Part shown: one piece after another, positions 1 to 10,295 of the stretch
How positions within the stretch are numbered: the first letter of the stretch is position 1
Layout of the letters: each line of letters begins with the position of its first letter
The notes under the pieces: generated by a model
The model's input: only the letters and a program-made list of their open reading frames with translations
The model's database searches: none
Told to the model about the DNA's origin: nothing
Source: Amphiscolops sp. MND2022
Lineage: Eukaryota
Assembly (NCBI GenBank): GCA_964187785.1
Contig: OZ076413.1
Location: 40,858,001 to 40,922,000 of the forward strand
Direction: 5' to 3'
Length of the DNA: 64,000 nt
Translations under genes and position numbers: made by a program

Positions 1-1189
1 GGAACTGCAATCCTTCTTCCAAGTCTGCTCACTGCCACAGTCGGTGGAACAAGTGAACTCGGTGAATGAAATTGACTCATTTGGACCTCGCACAGGACAG
101 ATGAACTTCCCACTGATTTTTCAAGGGAAGCCAAATCTCTGAAACCAGAGAATAACAGCCAAGACAGTCCTCCATTGTGGACTATAGACAAAATAGCACA
201 AAAATGCGCTTGTAGAATTCCAATGCGCTTTTGAGCAAGTTCGCGCCAACCACAATAAAAACCAGAAAAGGCGTAAAGCTCTGAACAATGAAAGAACATG
301 GCCCATTATATCAAAACGGCCAGAAGGTCTTGTCACAAAGCCCTGCTGTGACTTTCGGCCAGACAGCTAAACTGTTCTCGCCATAGCGAGGACCATACGT
401 CGTCGTTCAAGGCATGAACGATATCACATACCAAATTAGCAACTAGCTACCAAGAAAGGACGACTCAAGCAGGACGTATTTCCAAAACAGCTCCAACTGC
501 TATCAAATAAAACGCTTCAACCTGCAATATTGATTCGACACTTAGTACATTCCACTGCGATAACATCAATTTTATGTTCTTCCAACAGGGTCCCGCATTT
601 GTTCCTTCATTAGCTGGTCCCTCCCATACACCAACTACGTTTTTAACGCTATCATTTCCTGCTAACGCTCAACCGAGTACGCCGAATAGACTGAGCCCTA
701 AGCACCGTTCCGCCGGTAACAATCCCAATAACTCCGCCTCTCCCATCTCCCTTTCCACTGTTCCAACAACCCATCCCATCTTCCTGTTGAAGATTCTCCA
801 GACGCACTCACCTCCCGTTAATCTCTCATCGAACTTCCCGCTGACAAGACATGCCGACTGCTGGACATTCATACAACCTACGAAAAGGTACGTGTGATCA
901 ACATCAAGATCCATTTCTTTCCATCGTCTCACTTTTGCATGATCTCAAGTGCCTTTGCTAATAGTGCTTGGTCTTGTTTCAGATGTTCCACGATAATTAT
1001 GTCTGCTTCGATTCTTTGGTTGGTATACTTTGTGCTTTGCTTTTGGGGTTCACTGGAAAAAATGCACGAGATTTGGCTGCCCTCAAACTGGCTACATCCC
1101 AAAACTGTGGTAGAGACTGAGAGTAATGACATGATAACCCCCTCCTGTGTACCCTGACACCGTGGGTGTGGCAGTCGACGCGTCTATGG

Positions 1190-1800
1190 AAGCAGAAGAG
1201 CTTGCATATAGTCACCAAAGGTTTCGACTCGGTCCAAGATTTAAAACATCAACTTGAAGAAGTTACAGTTGGCAAGCAGACTACCTATACCTTCTGCGAG
1301 TGTGGAGATGTGCCGCACCCGTTAAAAGGTGCTTAAGAAACTGGAAGCGCATATGAACGCTGCTGGACCGCGTGCATTCCTTAACTCAAGAAAGGTCGCA
1401 CCTTCAAAGAAACCGACGAAATTCAAAAGCTGCGGGCATAGGCTGCTACTGTGTCGTAAGTTTGTTCTGCGACAATGCTGTTACATCAATTGTCCACATA
1501 CCCAGTGGATTTTGATTATCCAGTCCACAATGTAGTGCAAACCAACAACGGATACTGAACTACTACACCAACATGCCCGTCACTTAATGCGATTAGAACA
1601 TCCGGGTACTATCTTTTCAAAAGCGGCCAAGCTAATTCCCATTATCAAAGAAGCATGGCAGATCTCTACGAAGTTTCCCTGAAAAACGTATAGCGATGTT
1701 GTTGTATGGAGGGCGTGCGTCGTGCCCGGCGCCGTCCAAGAATGTGCAAGGACTGTGATCCATTGATTCATCTCCCCGGTGGATTCATTTCAGAGGGTGC
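1190..1800 (+). pseudogene. Degenerate coiled-coil + DnaJ(J)-domain ORF, diverged relative of the 13.6-20.5 kb tandem-array ORF
   Basis: Fragments across frames read LKHQLEE, LHQLSTYP, PTTDTELLHQHARHLMRLEHP, AAKLIPIIKEAW and CCMEGVRRARRRPRMCKDCDP. They are collinear with array LKSQLEE, LYQMSTYP, PTSTTEELKENARHLLRLMHADKN, VAKVVPKIKEAR and GVRHAQKRLRTCKDCDP. Multiple stops and frameshifts. Confidence 0.6.
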
Positions 1801-1837
1801 AAAGGACTCTGCGCATCCGAACTGAAAATTCAGCTAG

Positions 1838-2256
1838 ATCATATTAAATCAATATAACAACAATAATCCCTTGATAAAGATATATGCTAATGCGACCATA
1901 GACACGATTCAAAACAGCTAACCAGTACTTCCTAGCAAGACCTAACACAGCAACTCTGTTAGCAGTCCTCAGTCAGTCTTCCTTTATGGTCCTTTACATT
2001 CTTAGACCATAACAGCATACCAAGTACTTAGATGTACATACAAGAGCAAAATGCAGACAAAGCAAAACTCTAGTACACTTTTACAAAATGGAGATAAGAC
2101 AGATCTCTAGTACACCTTCATTTATTTTCAATCCTGTTCATTTCCAGTGACCGTTTTCAATCCAGATTCACAATGTTCTAGTGCTGGGTATCTATTCCCG
2201 GAATCATTGACGGATTTGAAAAACATCAACAATCACAGTGGTATCTATTCCAGCAA
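1838..2256. repeat. ~420-bp dispersed repeat, copy 1 (copy 2 at 9875-10295)
   Basis: Visually alignable throughout (gatcatattaaatcaat ... ggtatctattccagcaa), roughly 85% identical. Confidence 0.85.
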
Positions 2257-2347
2257 TTCTCGTCACTTTTTTTAGGACTGCCGCCAAAAATCAGAGATCT
2301 CGTTGTCTTCAGAGGCACAAATTCCACAACAAATCTTATATTCCAGC

Positions 2348-2799
2348 CAGTGAATTGACTCGTGTACTGAAAACCGTGTATCGTTTTTCGTATACTTTCC
2401 CATAAAGCATCGGTATCGTGTACGAAAAAGCATCGTGTACGAAAAAGCATCGTGTACGGTACCGTGTATCGACTGTAAAAAATCAAGTTTTTGAAAATTC
2501 ATTCAGAAAACGCGAAAATTCATTCAGAAAACGCATTTTAACAGTCTTTTCCAAATTCATTGGTAAAAGTCCTTTTCGCCAGAATGTCAGGATCATTTCA
2601 TCCCTTTCCGAGTTATTTTTTGTAGGTCAACGAGCGAAGGCCAAGTAACTTTCATGCTCATTTCGGAAGCCGATAAATTGCTTCATTTTCTCGTGTAAAT
2701 CGTGTATTTTGACTAAATCGTGTAAATCGGTAGTTCATGTAACGGTACCAGGAAATTCGTATATTCCGGTGCGGTACATGTACCGACGTCAATTCACTG
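2348..2799. mobile_element. Non-autonomous hAT-type MITE
   Basis: Perfect 12-bp TIR CAGTGAATTGAC (2348-2359; rc 2788-2799), 8-bp TSD ATTCCAGC (2340-2347, 2800-2807), internal short tandem repeats, no transposase. Confidence 0.85.
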
Positions 2800-3774
2800 A
2801 TTCCAGCAAACCTCACGACTTCGATTATCATCATCAAAAACCAACATCCCCTTAACCCTAATTGACCTGGACGTTTCTGCAAATTTCCAAGTCTGATTCA
2901 AAATTTTATATCTTTGAAGTCTCCACAACTAGACTTACGAGAAATGAAAAAAAAGCGCAATTAAAAGGTCTGGTATTGGGCTTTCATTTAGGTCGGGGGA
3001 GGGGGGAGGGGCTGTCGAAACGCATAATTCAGATGTTTTTTTTCAGGTATCGCCGCTGCGCGGGACTTGTGGTAGCAGGATAAGAATGAGTTTGTTGCAC
3101 AGACTTGTTGTGGAAGGGCATGAAATTGGTTTTTTCTATTGATCAAAGACAGAGAAAACTGGATTCCGCTAATAATTTTGGAATAACTTTTTGTGCAAAA
3201 AACATGTTTCTCAGTTTTGATGTTTCTCCTAAATAAACACACGCTGTTAACGACTGCAACTAATAACAGCGCTGTCAACAGCATAGCTGCTTACATCCCT
3301 GTCCGTTGCACAGAATGCAAGCACAAATCCGATGTTAGAACATTTTAAGTGACCCCGATTTTCTCCAATCTCGAATCATGCCTCAAATTCTCGTTCCTCT
3401 CAAAACACCTTCCCAATACAACAACTTTCACAAAAGAGACCACACCTCAAACAAAAATGAGGAGTTGTTAAGTCCGATGATGAGCCATGGGCGAATATCA
3501 AGAAGATCGAGCTGGAGACGCTCACTGAAGAGCTGCACGCAGAAGCGGGTCAGGGTGCTAGTACCTGCCTTTGTTTGTGGTTACCCTCTTCTTCGGTTGC
3601 AGTAAAGTTGTTAATCGGTAAGTTCAGTGAGTATTGAATTGCATGTTTGAATTAATGTCCCAGCTGCTCGCAGTCTATTACACGTTTTAACAAACGAAAT
3701 TCATGAAGCTGCTGTATATTTCTCAATGTGATTTACATCGCATCCAGCGATACAAAATTCGATCCTAAATACTC

Positions 3775-4090
3775 AGTTTATGTGTGTGAAGGTTGATGGA
3801 CCAGCTAATTTATGAGTAATATAGCTGAACTGCTAATTGAACTTTCTTGAAAAGCTGTCTTTAGAAGAGAATCAACTAGATAACATATGACAATTCTTAC
3901 TAACAACAGAAGGAACGTGATTGAAGCTCACTGAAATCAGTAGAAAGTGTGAATGAATCAAGCATGGCAATTGAACTTTACAATAGAAGTGTGAAATCAT
4001 ACGTGCTACATTCCCATTGGATATTCAAGTTTCATTATTCATATATGATCGAACGAAATTTTAGCTTAAGTATAATGACGAAACTGAACA
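3775..4090 (-). repeat. 3' LTR of BEL/Pao element (316 bp)
   Basis: Near-identical to 9523-9842 (about 5 substitutions, two 2-nt indels); purine-rich PPT AAGGCGCGGAGAA adjacent on the minus strand (4091-4103). Confidence 0.95.
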
Positions 4091-4139
4091 TTCTCCGCGC
4101 CTTGAAAATAATTCAACTATAAATCGCTTCAGATCAATC

Positions 4140-5033
4140 ATGGAGGATCGCTCATACTTCGAAATTGTTGAGTATTGGAACAGGCGAAAGATCCCAGACC
4201 GACTGGCAACGCCCGTGGAAACTTCATCAAACGTTGCAAGTTGTACACGGTGGATGAAGTGGATCGGGCAAAACTTTTGTACCAGAATAAGCCAGTCATT
4301 CGATATTCTGAATTGCGAGGTGAGGTAGAAGCCATGCATGGATCGCTACAGTTGGCACAACATAGGATGGGGGTGAGGACCATTGAAATCCGGCTGCGTG
4401 AGAGATGGTCCTGCATCGGTTTGCGGAACATTTTGTTGAAGATGTGCGAGTCCTCCTGCAGTCGTTGTCTTTTGACAGCCAGTGGGACCCAATGGTTCGC
4501 GAGAACCGTTAAAGGCTTGAATCCAGTAACCGTGACAGTCGCTAAGGCCTTATGCGAGAGACTGGGAGTTGCCTCCAGTTGTCGCTGTCAATAAGCCCTT
4601 CAAGCAGCCGGTCAACCTTGAAGCGGTTACTCCTGATGGAAATTGTGTCTTCCGAGTGCTCGCGAGGGCAATTGGAGCGACAGAAGAAGATCATGAACAG
4701 CTACGAAGGGCAGTGTTGGAACACATGGAGAAGCAGGAAGTCATTGTGGGGTTGCGATGTATTTATGGCCAAGCAGAGCTTGATCGATGCATGGCACATC
4801 GATCATCTGAACGAGAATCCAATGTCCCAGTTTGTGGCCTCGTTATTAGTGCTGCAGCGCATCTCCTGGGCGTTGACATTCTGCAGTACTGGAGATCAGT
4901 AGATGGCGCTCAGGAGTGGTCTCTGATGCTTGCGTCCAAGAAGTCGAAGGTGTGGGCGGAGCATCAAATTGCGATGCGATATCTGGAGGGTGGGAGCGTG
5001 GACCACGTGGACTTGGTGCTGTCATTCGAATAG
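4140..5033 (+). pseudogene. Antisense extra ORF in BEL element: integrase-type H2C2 zinc-binding domain + OTU-like cysteine protease (two compensating frameshifts)
   Basis: ATG 4140. Frame 4175-4594 has MHGSLQLAQHRMGVRTIEIRLRERWSCIGLRNILLKMCESSCSRC (H2C2-like). Frame 4569-5033 has PDGNCVFRVLA ... DHVDLV (OTU Asp/Cys box and His box). AATAAA at 5064-5069. Confidence 0.8.
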
Positions 5034-5159
5034 GTGAGCATACAATTTAGTTCTCGAAAACTGAATAAACTGCTTGTCATAACTTTATACGATAAATAGG
5101 TAACTAGATAGTCCACAATAATAAAATATCCGTCATCGATGATAGGTTAAAGAGTCCTT

Positions 5160-7390
5160 TCAACTGATGGTCGGATGCATGGTAGGATTGGACTGACTGG
5201 TATCCGTATGCATGAGCATGGTAGGATCGGACCGACTGACATCCATGAGCATGGTAGGATTGGACCGACCACCTTGCTCATCACTAGTCAGCGCTGCGTC
5301 AGTTAGCTGCTTGGGGAGTAGGCGAAGCTTGCTGAGGGGCCTGACGAAAGATGATTTGTCATTGAAGACATTCGCTGCTCTGGCTATTTTGTCATTTCCC
5401 AGATATAATTCTTCGATTTTTGCGCGTGGCCAATGAAGTGGTGGAACTTTGTCTTCCATTATGAGGACGACATCTCCTGCCTTTGGTGCATCTGTAGTAT
5501 CTCGCCAATTTGTTAATGGCTGCAGGTTTGAGAGATACTCTCTGGACCATCTATTCCAGAACTGTTCCGTGAGGGTTCTAACTAACTAGAATCTTTTTGG
5601 GAGAGAGATTCCTTTTCGGGAATATGATCTTTCCGGAAGAGCTGTGAATTGACTGCCAATCAGGAAGTGGCCTGGCGATAGAGGAGCATCATCATTCGGA
5701 TCGGAGGACATCGGTGATATGGGTCGTGAATTGAGGATAGCTTCTATCTGCGTCAGGAGCGTGCTGAATTCCTACATTGTCAGAGTTGTATTACCCATCA
5801 CCCTGCGGAGATGATGCTTTGCACTCTTTACACCTGCCTCCCATAATCCACCAAAGTTGGGTGCTCTTGGAGGTATCATTACCCAATTCATGCCGTGCAT
5901 GGTTGCATAATGGGCCAATGACTCATCTTCTCTTCCCGCTAAGATGTCATTGAGCTTCAGCAAGTCATTGCGAGCTCCAAGGAAATTCGTTGCGTTGTCA
6001 CTGAAGATGACTTCGGGGGCTCCGCGCCGTGCGACGAAGCGCTTTAGTGAGGCAATACATGCTTCCTTTATCAAAGATGACACCGCTTCCGGGTAGCCTT
6101 CGTGGTGAAGCAAACGAAGACACATGTATGTCTTGTCGATGATCTTGCTGCTGGGTTTGGCCTTTGTCTTGAAGGGTCCCCCGAAGTCGATACCCGTGTT
6201 CTGGAACGGTCGTCCTGGGGTAATTCTTTCTTCGGGGAGGTCCCATTTTTGGATGGGTCTTGTCCTGAGCAAATCGATGACATGTTGTACAGTGATGCAA
6301 AATCTGTCTGACATATTTTCGCCCATTAATAATCCAGAATCGTTCACGAGTCTGATAGAGCGTTGTTTGAGCTCCAGCATGGAGTGCTCGTTTGTGGTAG
6401 TGTTCAACTATCAGCTTCGTAAGGTGAGTCCTTGGGAGAATGACTTGATGCTTGAAGTTTTCATCTAGATTTGATTGGTAAGTCCTCCCCCCAACTTTGA
6501 TGAGGCGTGATTCCTCATCAAACAAAGGATCTAGGGGGTAGAGGGGCTGTTTTTCAAAATAGGTTTGCCTTGCTGCAACATTGCATACTCCTGTGGGATT
6601 TGCGTCTGTTGTGTCTTGTGAATCAAATATTCTTCCGCATTTGATAAATCATTTGGCTTGAGTGACACATCGGCTTTGGTTTGCAAACATTGAATGAACT
6701 TGAATACCCTTGCTGTAGTTCCCAGAAGTCGCTGAAAGCTTGAGAACCGGTCGATGTCCACTAGTATCGTTGGCGGTTGAGTATTGTTCGCTGCTACTAG
6801 AGACTTGCGTTGCTCTGGTGGATTTTCCAATGAAGATGTAGGTTGAATAGGCCAGTAGTTTTGTCCTGTACCAGAAATTCGGGTCCTTTCCACCAAAGGT
6901 CGTCTGTAAGCAGTTTGTTTGCATGTGTCCCGCAGCTGGCAATATCAGCAGGGTTGAGTTGACTTGGAACATGACGCCAGTTACTCGGTGAGATGAGTTC
7001 TTGGATGTCACTCACACGATTTGCAATGAATGTGGTCCATTTCAAAGGAAGCGCATTAAGCAATGCAAGAGTAATGGTACTATCAGACCAGGCGAAGACT
7101 TCGTGTCATGGGAGAGACAATGATTGAATTGAGAACAATACTTGTTGATAGAGCTTGGCTGCAAGTTGAGCGGCGCAAAATTCGAGTCGAGGCAGTGATA
7201 TAGTCTTCACTGGTGCAACCTTTGATTTGGATGTGACAATTGCTGATTGCCTTGAGCCATCCGCTTGTTCAGTGACTACATAGATGAATGCAGCGTATGC
7301 TTTGATGGAGGCGTCTGCAAAACAGTGAAATTCCATCTTGATGTAATTGTCCGTTGTTACACGATGTGGTATTGAGAGCCTCGTCAATAC
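5160..7390 (-). pseudogene. BEL/Pao pol 3' half: RNase H (Pao peptidase A17-type), integrase (H2C2 + rve core), DUF5641-like tail; frameshifted
   Basis: FHCFADASIKAYAA; WTTFIANRVSDIQ; LWWKGPEFL; HYHKRALHAG...CTTC; GIDFGGPF; IFSDNATNF; PNFGGLWEAGVKSAK; PPLHWPRAKI. Confidence 0.92.
5175..5270. repeat. Short (~33-bp) tandem repeat in the integrase C-terminal tail
   Basis: catgagcatggtaggat(t/c)ggacc repeated about three times. Confidence 0.7.
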
Positions 7391-9482
7391 TGTCTAGTCG
7401 GATTTGTCGGCTTCAAATTCTGGTATCAAGTTTTAAATCTTGTCTTTGCTTGTGAAAGTGATTCACCCAGTGGCATGGTCGAATTGGACCGAGGTAAATC
7501 CACCACGAAGCGACCATCTGGCTTGCGTTTAGTTGTGTCGTCGAAGTGTTGTTCGACCAGTTGTTATCAGGCGAAAGCTTGTGTTTCCTGGGAACTTCTT
7601 CGATCTCCCAGTACCTTTTCAATTCATTGTCATGCGCTCGATTGAAATTCACAGCTACGTGTGAGACTTGATTGTCGGCCACAGTTCCGGAGGCTACATA
7701 CCCGAAGACTGTGTTTGTGAATACTGCCACTCCATTGAGCTCGACTCCAGGGAGGCGAAGCGACTCGTAAAGCTCAGCTCCAAGGATGATGTCGATTTCA
7801 GAGGGTTCATTGAAATTTGGATCCGCCAGTCTTAAACCATTGGTTGGTTCAATCATGGGGAAAGGTGCTGATGGCACTAAACCAGTCAGGTTCCCTTGCA
7901 AAACCAAAGCTGACGTTTTGACTGTCGTCCCAGAGATTGGTAAATGCATGTTGCATCTTCCGGCTGCAGCAGTTTCTGTTTCCTGCTACTGTGAAATTCA
8001 TTGCTGCTTCCTCCAACGGAAGTCGGAGTTTCTTCTTGCATTGATTGGACATTAGATTCAGTTGTGAGCCTGAATCCAGAAGTGCTCGACACTTTACCGG
8101 TTTCCCATTTTTGTGGAGAACGTCGATCAAAGCTGTTTGGAGTAGCACTTGTCGTTTGTGTAGAGTGTGATTGATCAAAGCATGCGCATTGTTGGATTGA
8201 GGCTTCGTATGCTCCTTATCGTTCTTGTCCTTGTGTAAGAGCGTATTGTGTCTGGCTCCACACGTTCGACACGTTGAGGTCGATGGACATTGTTTTGAAA
8301 CATGGCCTTGTTGGAAGTAGTTGAAGGATGCTTTTTTGTGATTGACCAATTCACGTCTGGCATCGACGCCGAGACCTTTGAATGTTGGACAGTGGAATAC
8401 CTTGTGGGCTTCTTCGCAGCTGTAGCAATTGTGTTGGTTGATGCTCAATGAATGAGGCTTACCCTTGTTGAATGACTTGTTGTGACCTTTGCTCGGGCTA
8501 CTCGGTCCATTTCTACCATCGAGGTTGAATGCGTTGTGATCACGCATGACGTCTGCAGCCTCCAGTGCTTGGCATCGCGACTGCAAAAATCTGTATAATT
8601 GATCGTATCTCTGAGGTTCTTTTCCAGGATTAGCCAATTCCCATTGTTTCAGGGATTCTCGGTCAAGCTTTTCTACTATGATGTAAACAATGAAGATATC
8701 GGCCATTTCATTCATGTCGAAACCCATTGCTTGAAAGGCCAATCTTTGTTCATGGGCGTGTTCCATAAGTTTTCGTAGACCGCGACCATCATTTTCTTCC
8801 ACGCAAGGAGCCTTGAAGAGAACACTGAGATGTTCTCGTAAGATCACTCTCTTGTTATCGTATCGATCTGCGAGTAATTTTTGAGCAACATCGTAATTTG
8901 AGTCAGTAACAGTGACTGTGACAAACAACTTTTGAGCCCGCCTTTCAAAGCACTCTTCAGGTAAAATAACTTTTGCGAGTCACTAAGATCGGCGTTGTTA
9001 TGAACGGCACCTTGAAATAAATCAAAGAAGGACACCCATTTTGTGTAAGTGCAATCGAATGTCGGTAAATCAAGTCGGGGTAATTTCAAATGGTCTGTAC
9101 TCTGTTGTCGACTAACATTTGCCGATGGTGGTGCTTGTTGTCGTTGAGAGGCGACTTCGGCTTTAATTGCCCGTTCCAGTGAGTCTTTGGCAACTGCGAT
9201 GGCTTGGAAGATTTTCTCCTGATATTCAAAACATTTTTCGTCATCTGCAGGTATCTCAACAGGTGATAATTGGTCATGAATTTGGCCATCGAGGCTTGTA
9301 AGATCACTCAGCGTTTGATTGAGAACTTGTTCTGAGCTAACCAGATGTTGTCTGACGCCATTGGTAATGTTGCTTGGTTCTGTTGATGCCAGCTGTTCGA
9401 TTTTTGTAATCGTCCTGGTGGCTCGTGCTCTGACGGCACCTCGTTTTGCTTTGATGCGATTCAAGTCTTCTGTGGATTGCAT
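7391..9482 (-). pseudogene. BEL/Pao gag (DUF1759-like, CCHC knuckles) and aspartic protease; frameshifted
   Basis: ATG 9482; LKLPRLDLPTFD...WVSFFDLF...LSDSQKLFYL; CYSCEEAHKVFHC, CRTCGARHNTLLH; CRALLDSGSQ; LADPNFNEPSEIDIILGAE. Confidence 0.92.
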
Positions 9483-9501
9483 TTTGTCGATGGTTATCTA
9501 T

Positions 9502-9519
9502 GCCCCACGTTGGGCGCCA
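9502..9519 (-). promoter_or_regulatory. Primer-binding site complementary to the tRNA-Lys(CUU, Lys1,2-type) 3' end
   Basis: Minus strand TGGCGCCCAACGTGGGGC, 3 nt inside the 5' LTR. Confidence 0.9.
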
Positions 9520-9522
9520 AAA

Positions 9523-9842
9523 TGTTTATGTGTGTGAAGGTTGATGGACCAGCTAATTTATGAGTAATATAGCTAAACTGTGCTAATTGAACTTTCTTGA
9601 AAAGCTGTCTTTAGAAGAGAGAATCAACTAGATAACATATGACAATTCTTACTAACAACAGAAGGAACGGGATTGAAGCTCACTGAAATCAGTAGAAAGT
9701 GTGAATGAATCAAGCATGGCAATTGAACTTTACAATAGAAGTGTGAAATCATACGTGCTACATTCCCATTGGATATTCAAGTTTCATGATTCATATATGA
9801 TCGAACGAAATTTTAGCTTAAGCATAATGACGAAACTGAACA
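9523..9842 (-). repeat. 5' LTR of BEL/Pao element (320 bp)
   Basis: TG...CA termini, matches 3775-4090, flanked by TSD TACTC. Confidence 0.95.
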
Positions 9843-9874
9843 TACTCGACATCTAGTCATTGCATTGCCGGATG

Positions 9875-10295
9875 ATCATATTAAATCAATCTAGCAACAA
9901 TAATCACTTGTTAGAGATATATGTCAATGCGACCCTAGAAACAGTCAAAACGACAAACCAGTACTTCCTAGCAAGACCCACCACAGCAACTCTGTTAGCA
10001 GTCCTCAGACAGTCTTCCTTTATGGTCCTTTAAATTCTTAGACCATAACAGCATACCAAGTACTTGGATGTACATACAAGAGCAAAATGCAGACAAGGCA
10101 AAACTCTGGTAGACCTTTACAAATTGCAGATAAGACAGATCTCTAGTACATATTGATTTATTTTCAAGCATGTTCTTTTTCAGTGATCATTTTCAATCCA
10201 GATTCACAAACTTCGACTGCTGAGTATCTATTCCCGGAACCATTGACGGATTTGAAAAAACATCAACAATCACAGTGGTATCTATTCCAGCAAAC
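9875..10295. repeat. ~420-bp dispersed repeat, copy 2
   Basis: Aligns to 1838-2256; its 3' 40-bp motif recurs at 10408-10450. Confidence 0.85.

Larger units (their letters stand above)
3775..9842 (-). mobile_element. BEL/Pao LTR retrotransposon, RT-deleted, with extra antisense ORF
   Basis: LTRs 3775-4090 and 9523-9842; 5-bp TSD TACTC (3770-3774, 9843-9847); PBS and PPT present; order gag(DUF1759-like)-CCHC-protease-[RT missing]-RNase H-integrase-DUF5641-like, with frameshifts. Confidence 0.95.

Noticed and set aside
669-1218. KDZ/Zisupton or other transposase remnant
   Set aside because: No diagnostic catalytic motifs could be confirmed; left unassigned.
4140-5033. env gene of a BEL-type errantivirus-like element
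   Set aside because: Wrong strand, no signal peptide or TM anchor; motifs fit H2C2 + OTU.
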